A stretch of DNA of 64,000 bases from Octopus vulgaris. Taxonomy: Eukaryota. The first letter of the stretch is position 1; each line of letters starts with the position of its first letter. Shown one piece after another: positions 39,152-52,190 of this stretch. The notes beneath the pieces were generated by a model. The model was not told the origin of the DNA, searched no databases, and saw nothing but the letters and a program-made list of their open reading frames with translations. Location: positions 9,672,001 through 9,736,000 of the forward strand of contig OX597816.1 of the NCBI GenBank assembly GCA_951406725.2, read 5' to 3'. The position numbers were made by a program, and so were the translations under genes.

Positions 39152-40779
39152 GCAGAATCATATATAAAACAATATAATGCAGAATCATTAATCGCTTTAA
39201 CAGATACACAGTCATATTTGTTCCTCCACCTGTCCATTTTCCAAGTGAGCATTGGTTACACAAATATATTATTAAGGCATTGTTTAACATCCAGATACAT
39301 CTCTTATAATTCATTGATTTTCATAGAAAATATATAGTCACACCATATATATATAAACACACACACACATGCACACACACACACAGGGAGGGGTTACCAT
39401 AGCAAAACAATATTTTGCTTTTTTCTTGTTTAACCTTGATGTATTACCTTGAATAAATTGTAACAAATCAATTATCGTTCACTGATATGTGGTAATTTTA
39501 GGCTTAATGAAATGCTTAAATCACTTATTAGAGAGTGTGCTCTTTATGTATTTCAGGCCATCTTTGCTCACTAACATTTGATGCATCAGCAAAAATAATA
39601 TTTAAAATGGTTAGGTCAAGTTTGATTACTCCATATATATGTAATATTCTCAGCTTTTGGGATTTTCAAGTTCTCAGAGCTTCAGCTCATGATAATATTA
39701 CAAGAGATATCTTATGATAGTTATTTCTAATTTAGGTACAAAACAAGAAACCTTAAAGGGTGGGTGTCAAGCAAAGATGTTGACCTCTGTACTGGACTAG
39801 TACTTTTTTTATCAACCTTGGAAGGATAAAAATAAAGTTGACTTTGACAGAATTTGAACATAAAAAGCTAGAATGAATGCCACAAAGTTTTTTCTGATAC
39901 TCTAACAAATTTACTACGTTGCCCCTATCACAATGAAATAAAGTTTGTTAATATTTCCATAATTTTTGTATTGGTTTATAATTACGATGCTCTTTATTAA
40001 AATAAGTATTTATTTTGCATTTCATTTACGTATCATACCATCAAACATGATCATATAATTAAGATGAACATAAACACAAAAGCCAATGTTTTTAATATTT
40101 ATGATAATAGGAAAGGATGATAAGCACAGGAATGGTTGTGTGGCTGAGAAGTTCACTTTATAACCATATGGTTTTGAGTTCAGTCTCACTGCACATTACC
40201 TTGGGTACGTGTTTTCTACTATATCCAAGCCCTATCAATGCTTTGCAATTGCATTTGGTAATCAAAACATGTATGAAATTCTGTCACACACACACACATA
40301 TGTATGTATATGTATCCATGTGTGAGTATCTTTTTGTGTGCCTCACCCACTACTTGACAAATCCCTAAAAGCAATGCCCCAGCTTGGGCATGTTCCAATG
40401 GTTAAAACAAGTAAAAGAGTATAAGAATAACACAACTTGGATGAAGTTCCATGGTTTTCATTTTCTATTTTTTTATTTGCTTCTTTGGACTGTGGCCATG
40501 CTGGGGCATCTCCTCAAATAGCTTAATCAAGTGAATTACTCCAAGTGCTTATTTTCATACCTGGCACACAAGTGTGTGTGTGTGTGCGCATATATACAAT
40601 GGGCTCCCACACAATTTCTGTCTATCAAATCTACTTGCAAAACTATAAGAGGTACTGGCTCAAGGTACCACTCAGAGGCACTGAATCCCAAACCACAAGG
40701 TTGCAAACTTCTTGGCCACATCACCATGCCTGGTCCTCTATAAAAAAACTTTTACTGTTTTTCTTTTTTTTTTCTTATT

Positions 40780-41165
40780 TTAACTTTTTTGATGTCAACC
40801 TGCCTGAGACTGCCCTGAGTTCTATGGTACAAACTTCTTGCATTAAAGTGATCTAGATTGGAACCTTCCATCAAGGTATTTTGTCAATTTTTATTCCAAA
40901 TACCATCTTAATAATGTTTTAAAATTTTGACTCAGGGCCGGTTTTTGAAAAGAAGGGGAAGCTGATTGCATTGACCTCAGTGCATAGCTGGTACTTATTT
41001 TATTGACCTGAAAAGGATGAAAGGCAACATTTTGTACAGTATGCTAATGGTTCTGCTGGCTTGCCACCTTATAAAACACCAGTTTAATAACGACAAAGGT
41101 GTTATACTAAATTGTTCATTATTTTCAAAATTAATCAAAATATAGATAGTGTATTTTAATGGAAA
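40780..41165. mobile_element. MITE (63263 family) interrupted by a family D SINE at ~40920-41070
   Basis: Matches 41372-41581; the SINE is flanked by imperfect direct repeats AAATACCATCTTAATAA / AAACACCAGTTTAATAA. Confidence 0.65.
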
Positions 41166-41377
41166 TTACAGGTACTACTCATTTTTGCTAGCAGACTGGA
41201 CGGAAGTATAGTGAAACAAATTGTCTTGCCGAAGGACACAACATGCTGCCAGGTATCAAATTCATGATCCTAAGATTGGGAGCCAAATGCCCAAACAACT
41301 TCGCCACATACCTTCACAACACATATACATACACCCATGCCTCTTTTATTCAGGAGGAGACAGTGCCCATGACCTTT
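41164..41377 (+). repeat. 214-bp direct duplication of 42963-43176
   Basis: Base-by-base comparison shows about 11 substitutions and no indels; includes non-SINE flank. Confidence 0.92.
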
Positions 41378-41581
41378 TTGATACCAATCCTGCTTCTGTG
41401 ATACTAACTTTCTGTTTAAAGTAATCTAAATTAAAACCTACCATCAAAATTTTGTGTTAATTTATGTTTGAAATACCAGCTTAATAATGACAAAGGGGTA
41501 TTACTAAATTCTTCATTATTTTCAAAATTAATTGAAAGAAGGCAGTATATTTCAACAGAAATATGGTAATAAAAGATTTAA
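41372..41581. mobile_element. MITE, reverse orientation relative to 63263-63488
   Basis: ACCTTTTTGATACCAA...GAAATATGGTAATAAAAGATTTAA. Confidence 0.7.
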
Positions 41582-42809
41582 TTACAATACATATCTAATA
41601 CTTATTTCTATTTTAAGAAAGAAAGGCAACAAAATTAACTTAAACCTTAAACTGCCAAACCAAAAATCTAATTGCCATCATTTTTACTTTTTAATTCATG
41701 AAGAATTAATTTGTGAAACAGAGAGAAAATTTCATTGAAAATAGGCAATTATGAAAGAGGAAATAGATATTTATTCTAATTGGTAGCTTCGATAAAATAA
41801 CTACAAGGAATTTGTGAAAAGCCATAAAAATCATTAATACTATGTAAGCATGAAAAAAAAAAAAAAACTAACAAAATTGAGCCCGACATAAAAGTGTTAA
41901 CTATATGTTGTTAATTTATTTTTATGTGGTTGGATAATGCTATATGATATGTAACTAAAGATTGAAGACAAAAGTAAGTAAATATCCAATAATAGATAAA
42001 GATTTAAGCAGAATGGAACAGATATGACAATGTCTATTTTCTTTTTTGATAATTAATAAAGCAAGTGATTTTTATTTTGTTACTTTTTTTCTCAATTTTT
42101 AAATTCTGAAGAATTGTTTTAAGCGATGGATGCAATTTCTGATACAATTATGAAGACAAACAACAATAACAAAACAAAATAAACAGGAAATAAATATCAG
42201 AAATTAATACTGGTAAAAATTTATACAAAAGCATTTCTCTGCTGCAACTTGAAAATGGTTTTATGCCCTGATCTATTTGGAACAATTGATTCTTATAAAC
42301 AATCTTTTCATTTATGGTAGTATTGTCTTAGTTTCTACTCATTTGTATTGGTGTTTAATTTGATCTAATTATTCTTTTTATGTATGAATCACTATTTCCT
42401 CTTGTAACTATGGCAATGGGTGGTGGCAGTGGTTGTGGTGGAGGTGGTCTGGGGTTAGTAATCTTATTAATGCTATTAACTATAGAGAGAGTGTTTTTAA
42501 TCTACTTAATGTCTGTTAATCTGGCTGCAGACTATGTTACAATTATCTTGTTACATTATGACTGAAGTGAGAAAACTTGTTGGAACAAGTGATAGAAATT
42601 ACTCAGTCTGTTCACTTTGATGTGACAATTAACAGAAAAGGGGAAAATGCAACATTAGAAGCAACAAGAATAGTGATGGTTAGAAGTTCTTTGCTCCAAT
42701 TTGGTTTATTTTTTCCCTTGTTTCTTGATGTTTGTAATAACTGCAAAACACCACACATTATACACAGAAACACACACAAAAAAAAAAGAAACTAGTGTTT
42801 CAATGGTTA

Positions 42810-43110
42810 CAGCTACCAGGATTCCAGTTGATCAGATCAATAGAATAGATTACTTGTGAAATTAACATGCAAGTGGCTGAGCACTCCACAGGCACATGTA
42901 CCGTTCATGTAGTTCTCAGAGAGATTCAGCATGACATGGAATGTAAGAAGGATGATCCTTTGAATTACAGGTACTACTCATTTTTGTTAGCAGACTGGAC
43001 TGAAGCATAGTGAAACAAATTGTCTTGCTGAAGGACACAACATGCTGCCAGGTATCAAATTCATGATCTTAAGATTGGGAGCCAAATGCCTGAACCACTT
43101 CGCCACACAC
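42810..43110 (-). mobile_element. SINE family C
   Basis: Reverse complement of 48450-48776. Confidence 0.8.
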
Positions 43111-43939
43111 TTTCACAACACATATACATACACCCATGCCTCTTTTATTCAGGAGGAGACAGTACCCATGACCTTTCAAACAGTCTCCAAGAATGGTGGG
43201 AGATGAGAAGAAAGATATCCTGAAATCAGAGACCTGGCCCCAAGACATACAACTGAGTAGACCATGCTAAATGTGTTTAAAGGGCCAAGTGGCGGTGTTA
43301 GAACAAAAGAATAGAATAAGTCTACCACTCAACTAGCCAGGACAGGATTTGAGCACAGAATGCCAAGAGCTGGAACACAGGCCACAAGATATCTCCTGAT
43401 GCTCTAACAATTCTCTCACTCCACAGCCCTAATTTGTTTAGAAGATGGAAGTGAGATATGATGAAAGTTGTAAAATTTTTGTGAATACCTTATAAGAATG
43501 AGGAAAACTAGTAATTGTGGATACTAAAAGAAAGACAAGTTAAACAATTTAATGGTAAACTACCCTGCTTATCTCTCTCTCATTCTCCTTCTGTGTGTGT
43601 GTGTGTGTGTGTTTACTTCAAGTTATATATAAAATTAATTTAACATTAAACTGAAGGATTACACCATGCTCTTTTAGTATAGTACATATTTATTAACTTT
43701 TACAAGACAAAGGTTAACAATAACTTTATAGTTTTGGTTTGCTTGCTTTATTCAATCAGTCTTGAGATCCTAATCAAATTAACATTATCACAGTGTGATG
43801 AAGGTGAACAAGCTAAAACTCCAAAGTCACTATAAACTCCCTTATAAAAATTAATACAAACATGCTTGCATGCATATATGTATGTACGTACATACATATG
43901 TATGTAAGTAGATGCATACATATATATATATATATATAT

Positions 43940-44285
43940 GTCCTCTGATGCAATACCAAGAAGTAGTTCTCATGGCTTTTGATCTCAACTAGTCAGAAGT
44001 TTTAATACGTATATGTCTTGTCTTGATGTAAAAAGATGGACTACAGCAAATCTTCTGCTCAATACTGCAGAATTGCTTGTCATTTGCTTGACCATAACCA
44101 GCTGAACATGTCCTTGAGCATGACTGACAATATGTGCATCTCTGATCATGAACAGGAGTAGTGGGTGAGCACCATGCCCATGTGCTGAGAGGGATTCATT
44201 GGGGTTTGAATAATTCACCCCTACAAATGTGGGTGCTTTGTTCATCATCCTTAACCCTTTTGAGCATGATTGGCTACTTGACTTC
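43940..44285. repeat. Unclassified dispersed repeat, homologous to 62480-62840
   Basis: Shared ATATGTGCATCTCTGATCA and TTGGGGTTTG(A/G)ATAATTCACC blocks, colinear. Confidence 0.75.
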
Positions 44286-44449
44286 AAGTAGGAAAGTGGG
44301 TGGAAGTTACCAGAGTGAAGCTGGAAAGATAAATGAAATGGTAATTATATGTGAAGCAATTTAAATTGTACTATATATATGATGGCCATAATGTATACAC
44401 GTGTTAAAATAATGTTTGCACGTGTTAAAAAGATATTCAAATAACTGCA

Positions 44450-44604
44450 GATGTTGCTGTGTGGTAAGAAGCTTGCTTCACAACCACATGGTTTTGGGTT
44501 CAGTATCACTGTATCACACCTCGAGTAAGTGTCTTCTACTATAAACTTGGGTTGATCAAATCCTTGAGAGTGGATTTGGTAGATAAAAACTGAAAGAAGC
44601 CTAT

Positions 44605-44638
<34 letters not shown>

Positions 44639-44848
44639 TATATCTATGTGTTTGTCACAGCCTTACTGCTTGATAATCAGTGTTGGTGTGTTTGTCTCTG
44701 TAACTTAGTGATTAAGAAAAAGAAACTGATTGAATATGTACCAAGCTTTAGAAAAATAAGTATTAGGATTGCTTTGCTTGACTAAAATTCTTGAAGGTGA
44801 TGCCCCAGCATGGCTGCAGTCTGATGACTGAAACAAGTAAAAGAAAGA
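44450..44848 (+). mobile_element. SINE family A
   Basis: GCTGTGTGGTAAGAAG head through GACTGAAACAAGTAAAAGA tail. Confidence 0.85.
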
Positions 44849-45911
44849 TAATGACAAAGAGTTTGACTATTTCAAACCTTTTGGATTAGCAGTAAAATCA
44901 AATAGTAACTAATTTGCATTCTATTAAAAACTAGAAACATTGTTTACCATTAGTATTATTCAAGAGAACAGTACAGCTAGAAGCAACTTTATTTTCAGTG
45001 TGGTTGGCCATTTTTCAGTTTCAGCAACTCAGAGATTTAGTTGCAAAGTTCTTTTATCACTATAGAACTATCAACCAAGGCAAAATTCTCTAATATATGA
45101 ATGTATGTCATGACAAAATCTATTTCCCATATCTCATTGACTTGCTTTCCTTCATGTGCAATTTAACTGCGAGTTAACTGCAGTCTAACTGCCATGCATA
45201 CTTAAATTTTGTATCTAGAAACTGAGCTTTATGTCTTTATGTTTCCTTATCCTCTTCAATTTCTCTATCACCTTGAACAGTTTGTTGATGTTTGCTACAT
45301 CAATATTATATGTGACATTAATCTGGCAAAACCTTCTTTCAGACATATACTAAGTTGTTTCATATAATTAAGAACAGAGAAATGTTAGACACATAAAAAT
45401 ACAACTTCAAACATTGCAACAAGCAATAACACAAAATTAAGCTCTTAAAGAAGGTTATCTGTATACCTTATGCTTCAATTTAGCTAGCTGAAAAATAAAC
45501 TAGGAGACTTATGTGAAGATAATGGCAGACTAGAATTTAAAAGAGGAAGTCATAAAGTGATATAAGTTACTAATGAATAGCTACCAATCATGCATGCCCT
45601 TAATGCTAACACTTAGCAGAAAACTTGTGAGAAAAAATTGTTAACTATTTGAAATATCTGTGTTTTAGTCCCATTTCTGACAGATTCTAAGTGTAATGAA
45701 AGGCAATTTTAAGCCTACAAGTTAATATAATTGCAAGAAGTTTTTTTTTTAAGTGCATAACCAATGTTTTTCAATCACAAAATGTGATGTAAAGGAAGTA
45801 AATCAACTGATCCAATGATATAAATTTAGATGAATCAGGAACTGATGATGTACTGAATGTGATATGAAATGAAAAACAAAAAAATGAATTGAAATTCATT
45901 TCTTGTAAGCA

Positions 45912-46340
45912 TAGGCATGGCTGTGTGATTATGAAGCTTGCTTCTCAAGCATGCGTTCTTGGGTTCAGTTCCACTGTGCAGCACCTTGGGTAAGTGTCAT
46001 CTACTATAGTCTCAGGCCAACTAAAGCCTAAAACATTGTAAGTGGATTTGGTAGATGGAAGCTAAAATCAAAGACAATTGTGTGTATATATGTGCATATG
46101 TGAATGCACGTGTACTCTTGTCTTGTCTTAACATCATACAATGGCTGTAAACAAGCATCACATCACATTGTATTTATTTCCAGTCTTTTCTGAAAAACAA
46201 ATTTAGGCCATGGGGAAATACTATCTTGCTTGGAAACAAATGAGCATTAGTGACAGGAAAAGCACCCTCTATAGAAAACTTGCTTCAACAAATTTCATCC
46301 AACTCATGCAAGCATGGAAATGTGGACGTTAAGCAATGAT
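45912..46340 (+). mobile_element. SINE family B
   Basis: Head plus tail CATGCAAGCATGGAAATGTGGACGTTAAGCAATGAT. Confidence 0.8.
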
Positions 46341-46707
46341 ATACTTGGAGAAGAAAAATATAACCCACTTCTTCAAATAAAAAATAGTTGCAATTCTTAA
46401 TAATGCTCAAAGAAAATGGAAGATAATTTCAAGAAATTATGAATTATAATCACTGGACATTTAGTTTTTGTACTTAGTAGGGAAATTAGATTGGGTAAAG
46501 TGACAGCTGCAAACATGTTTCAGTCATATTTATACCTCATCAGGAAAGCACAGTCTTCTCAAGTGTTCATTAATTAGTCAATGAAACTCTTAACAACTGT
46601 TAAATACTTTGAAGGACAATTAATTCATTACATGTGTCAATATTAGATCCCTACATCCATCAGAAGTTTACTGGTTGAATATTGTTTTTTATAGGAATAT
46701 ATTGTTT

Positions 46708-47080
46708 TCATCATCATCTAATGTCCATTGTCCATGCTGGCATGGGTTGGACGGTTTGACCAAGGCTGGTAAGCTGAGAGGCTGCACCAGACATCAGTCT
46801 CATTTGGTATAGTTTTTATGGCTGGATGCCCTTCCCAACATCAGCCACTCTGAGAGTGTAATAGGTGCTTTTACATGCCACTGGTATGGGTACCAGTTGC
46901 GTGACACTAGTATCTCCCACAACTATGATCTCACTTGGTTTGATGGGCCTTCTTCTTAAGCACAGCATATTGCCAAATGTCTCAGTCATCTGTCATTACC
47001 TCTGTGAGGTCCAATGCATGAAAGATGCGTTTTATGTGCCACCAGCACTGGTACCAGTTACATGACACTGACAATGGCCA
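46708..47080 (-). mobile_element. RTE LINE 3' end including the last ORF codons
   Basis: Minus-strand translation of ~47020-46950 gives ALDLTEVMTDD*DIWQYAVLKK (RTE-like C-terminus), followed by the shared UTR and (GAT)n tail. Confidence 0.7.
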
Positions 47081-48449
47081 AGAAAGCTGTTATATGTTTG
47101 ATATGAAGTGCATTTTTTTTTATTTCCATGTGTCTTTGTATTGACACTATTTAGGTTACAGCAATGTTTATATCTCCTATAGATAGTACATCCTGTACCT
47201 CAGCAAATTTGTTATGTGAAGAAGACAAGTGGAATGAAAATAATTTGCTTAAAAACCAGATAAGAGTCAGTGACAGGAAGAGAATACTGCCTCAGTAAGT
47301 TACATCTAACTCAGTATGGAAAAAGCAGATGTAAAAATATGATGATGATAAATTTTGTCTGAATTTCTGGAATGAGAAAATATTTTACTATAGCAGAAGA
47401 CATTTGCCCAAGGTGCCACACAATAAATCTGAACCCAATACCTGTGCCTTCAAAGCTAAATGCACTCAAGGGCCAAAACAAGTGGATGAGATCAATTATG
47501 TCACATTTTTAAATGATGCTTCTACAGGAAGCCAGTCATAAAAAAAGGAAGATTTGACAATGCAACAAGCCTAACAAAATGAAGAGAGGATTTAGGTGAA
47601 CATGTCAGAGTTAGATGCTGTTTCAGGAATAACAGAAGAGGCAGAAGGTAGCTACAGCACAACACTGATTGACCCTGCTTGCCAGTTGAGTTGAAGAATA
47701 TTAACAGTATTCCATTGAATTATATGTTTATTTTTGTTTCTTCAGACGAGAAATATATTTCTTGTTTTGAAGAAACTTAACTTTTTTCATAAAACTCTTG
47801 GTTTATTGAATGTTGGAGTCTACTAGAAAAGTTAGGTTTTTCATGCTAACTTCAGCCAAATGATATATATATATATATATTGCACCAATAATCTTGATTT
47901 TGTATATTTAAATATATAATCATATTTATCATTAATTAATGAAAAAGATTTTTTTTTCCAAATCTAAAAGATCAAAATTGACAAAGAAATCAATAAGTGT
48001 AGTGAAAGAAAAGTAATAAAATACTGAATATACAAATCGTTTCAAAGAATTTATTCAATTTCTACTTGACTTTTAACTGTGAAGCTGTACACTGAATGAT
48101 TTACTCTGTAGTGGAGGGCAGAAAAAGTCAAGAGGCTGAAAACAACCATTAACTCTAAGAATAATGCAATGTTATATGAAAATAAAGAGGATGACCACGG
48201 AAATGTAGCTAGAAAAAATGTAATAGAAAGTTGCATTCAGCTTTAGTGGATGCACAAAGACTGTCTTTTACAGACATGTGTAGTCCTATGTGCCAGAGCT
48301 TACCTTTAACTTCTGCAATGCTAAGAAGATAAGAGCTAAATTAGAAAAATCATTATAGGAAATCAAGTTACATTTGCTGCAGGAGAAACTGAATGAAACA
48401 CTGCAAACAAAAGAATCTGCTATTTTTAACTGGGTAACCACAGCTAATA

Positions 48450-48776
48450 GTGAGGGCGCGTGGCTTAGTGGTTAGGGCATTCGGCTCATGATCGTAAGGT
48501 TGTGAGTTCGATTCCCGGCGATGCGTTGTGTCCTTGAGCAAGACACTTTATTTCACGTTGCTCCAGTCCACTCAGCTGGCAAAAATGAGTTGTACTTGTA
48601 TTTCAAAGGGTCAGCCTTGTCACTCTCTGTGTCACGCTGATTATCCCCGAGAACTACGTTAAGGGTACACGTGTCTGTGGAATGCTCAGCCATTTGCACG
48701 TTAATTTCACGAGCAAGCTGTTCCGTTGATCGTATCAGCTGGGACCCTCGTCGTCGTAACCGGCGGAGTCTTTTTA
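48450..48776 (+). mobile_element. Full-length young tRNA-derived SINE (family C) with perfect 14-bp TSD
   Basis: A box TGGCTTAGTGG, B box GTTCGATTCC, TGTGTCCTTGAGCAAGACACTT domain, T5 end; TSD AACCACAGCTAATA at 48436-48449 and 48777-48790. Confidence 0.95.
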
Positions 48777-49482
48777 AACCACAGCTAATAATGGCAAATT
48801 ATATCACTTTACTTTACATGGACTCAAAACCATTTAGCGTGAGTAATGTTTCTTTAGCTGAAACAACAAACTGCTACATTTAATCAACTCTACCATCTGT
48901 CCTCTCATATTATGTGGAGCATAATTGCAACATCAGCTCTGGCAATATATAATGCTAAACATTGACAGTTGTTTTATTGTCTGATTTTTTTCATATTTTT
49001 GTGGGCTGGATGAGAAATACCAAGACTGCATTCTACAACTGGATGCTCTTCCTGTTGCCAATATTTACTGATTTTACAAGAAAAGATTTTATATTTCTAC
49101 TGGTTTTCACATGTTGTAACTACTGAGCTTCGAGATATATTGTACATGGGAAATGTAAATGTAATATCACTGTTGCACAAACAATGTTAATGCAAAAACA
49201 AGTGGAAATAAAAACTTACACACAGGCATACTTATATTCACATATGTGAATGTATATATACATACAGCCCCACCCACATATATTTATATATATATATATA
49301 TATATAAATATAAGAGAGTGACCATGTGGTCTACTCTATCACTAAAAATAGAACCGCAAGGTTTCAGCTCTTATATTTATGTATAAAATGTATCATAATC
49401 CGGGGTTTTTATGCACTAAGCCACTTGGTGGTAAATGGATGTACTATTAAATTAGTATCCAATTTTCTCACCCTTATCAGTT

Positions 49483-49520
<38 letters not shown>

Positions 49521-51510
49521 GTGTGTATATGAATAGATAGATCGATAAGTAAATACATCAAGAGAGAGAGGGAAGGAGAAATGAACAAAGCGTTAGAAAA
49601 CAGGTAGGGAATACTGTTTTATAGGGATGAAGTTATGAAGGGAGGAAGGGACAGTACATATATTACATATATATATATATATTACATACATATAAACATA
49701 TATATTTATACATATTACACACACACACTGTTTGTCCACCACCACCACCACCATTTGACAATGGATGTTGGTGTGTTTACAACCCTGTAACTTAGCAGTT
49801 TGGCAAAAGACATGGGTATAATAAATACTAGGCTTTACAAAAAAAATAATGGGGTCACTTCATGAAGGTGATACCCACCAGCATGGCCGCAGTCTGATGA
49901 CTGAAATAATAAAAGATAAAAGATAAAAAATATGCCCTATCCTCTCCTCTTACCATTCCCTCATCTCTCCACCTAGGGTTATCATCCACTCTTTCTTCTG
50001 TTGTCCCTCAGTTATAGAAGCCACTTTAGGACCTTAGCCTTGCAAGTTACAAAGTGATCATCACTAGCGCTGGTGCCATGGAACAATGCACCCTGTACAC
50101 TTTGGAAAAAGGTTGGTGTTAGGAAGGGCATCCAACCAGAAAAGCCATACCAAAGAAGACATTGATATATGACATAGTCTTCTCACTTGACAGACCCTGT
50201 CAAACAGACCAATCAGTACCAGCATGGAAACCAGATGTTAAAGGATAATGATGGTGATGATGATGATGATGAGACAGATGAGAGATAAATATTAACTAAA
50301 TGTAAGAGATGACTGTAGTTGAATAGAATTATACTGAGTAATTCTTAATTGATGAAGTCTGAGACTACTTCTGCTACAACTATGATGTCAGTCAAATATA
50401 CATGGAGTGGACAGAGATAGAAAACAGGCTGTCACTGCTAAAACCACTCCTGATAATCCTTGAATATTGATCCATTGTCAGCTTTTGTAATTTTTCTTTC
50501 TTGTTATTCTCTTGATTAGCCAAGATTTTATTTCCTGAGTGAGGCCATTTCCCTTCAAGCATGACACTAATTCCTTTGAGAGAGGCCAATAAAAAAAATT
50601 AAAAAAATATAAAAATATCACTCTCCTGCTGACACAAAGATGCCAGGCTTTTCCTTATTAATTATTCAATTTCATTTACCCTGATGTCATTGCAGAAAGG
50701 GATCATCTGTCTTTATCAATCAGAACAGATAGATAGTCAGCCGACTATGTTTGTTGTTGATAAGAGAGAGAGGTGTCATCCAGTTATAAACCTCAACCAA
50801 ATGAAAAATGCAGAACATCAGATGAAGATTTTAAAGAATGATGAGGGCCATGCCTGTCTGTAGTACAACCCTGTGGCTCAGAATTTTGCTTTGTGGTCAC
50901 ATGGTTCTGAATCCAAGCCAGGGTTTAAACCCACTGGTCTTTAGAACAAAATTTTCTACCACATCCTTGGAGTACACCAAGACTTGAGAGTGAAATTGGT
51001 TCAATAAACTGTACAAAAGGTAGCCTATCGGATTGACTGTACCTGTTCTTGTACAAAAAGTTAAATCTGTCAACTTGGTTTAATTTTACTTTTGGGCACT
51101 TAGGTGTTTACCTGCTGTCCAAGCTGTGTATAGTTTGATAACTTAATGTACTACTTCCTACTGCAAAATAAACTCATGTATTCCTTGGTTTCTTCCTTCC
51201 GTTTTCTACCACCCTCTCATAGGCCCTGCAAAAATCCCTACTAATTTTTCTCCAAAAAACAAAAACAAAATCCAACAGAACAAATAAACCAGAAAGTGAT
51301 GGTGGTAGTCATGACAACTTAGCCACTGTGGCTCAACAAACAGAAGATAACCCCCGGAGAAATTTATTCATTTAAGCAAATAGCAAGCTATTTTAGCTTG
51401 GATAATTACATGTCTGTCTGCCGAATGCATATATTTAACTACACAAGAAGCAAGTTCTTTTGTTATGAAAACTAAAAGTTGCATATTTTTAAATTAACGT
51501 TTTCATATTT

Positions 51511-51537
51511 ATTTGCATGAATATGCCCTATGCAAAT
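51511..51537. promoter_or_regulatory. Inverted pair of octamer (POU) motifs
   Basis: ATTTGCAT (51511-18) and ATGCAAAT (51530-37), 11 bp apart, in non-repeat sequence; function unproven. Confidence 0.3.
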
Positions 51538-51754
51538 ATCTTTTCACACACACACAGACACACTGCTAACAAAAGTCAGGATGCGTGGCGTTCAGTTTCC
51601 ATAATTGAAAAATGCATTAAATATTACAAAACGTACATGTAGGACAGACACCAGAACCCTAATACTTCATCACTTATCGACTGAAAAATTACCAATACCT
51701 AGTTTCATACCTTTATGTGTGTGTGTGTGTGTGTGTATCATGTTAGTAATGATG

Positions 51755-51785
<31 letters not shown>

Positions 51786-51924
51786 TGTATGTATGTATGT
51801 ATGTATGTATGGGCACAGTCTTGGGTGTGTGGTATGTGGTTGAGAAGTTTGTTTTGCAACCAATGAACTTTTGGTTTAATCCCACTGTGCAGTGCCTTGG
51901 ATAAGTGTCATTTTTAAGCCTGGT

Positions 51925-52190
51925 CTTTCACTATTGATTTCTTTTGTTGGACCACTAAGTGAGAGAGACATAAGTAAACCAGTACCAGTTGTCAAGCAGT
52001 ATGGTTGGGATAATCAGAAACACACACTACAAGCTTCTTTCAGTTTCTGTCTAACAGATCCATTCACATAGCTTTGATTGACTCAAGGCTATTGTAGGAG
52101 ACACCTTCCCAAGGTGCCACACAATGAGACTGAACCCAGAACCATGTGACTGAGAAACAAACTTCTTACTACACAGCCACATCTGCACCT
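51925..52190 (-). mobile_element. SINE family A, decayed
   Basis: CTTCTTTCAGTTTCTGTCT...ACCACACAGCC-like head on the minus strand. Confidence 0.75.

Noticed and set aside
44815-44843. CTGATGA-CT-GAAAC-AA-GTA in SINE tails (also ~49893) as a hammerhead
   Set aside because: No helix II or helix I; better-preserved copies read CAGTCAAATGACTG, so the core match is incidental.
48452-48522. tRNA gene (and similar heads at 9753-9820 and 11320-11388)
   Set aside because: A/B boxes are present, but I could not build a full cloverleaf with an acceptor stem, and the sequence continues into a SINE body with TSDs.
49335-49485. Minus-strand CTGATAA...GAAACC-TTGC-GGTT as a hammerhead
   Set aside because: Core mismatch and no convincing helix I or II; possibly a repeat remnant but unsupported.
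50392-50589. 65-aa minus-strand ORF in unique sequence
   Set aside because: No recognisable motif, no good splice donor, and length within chance expectation.
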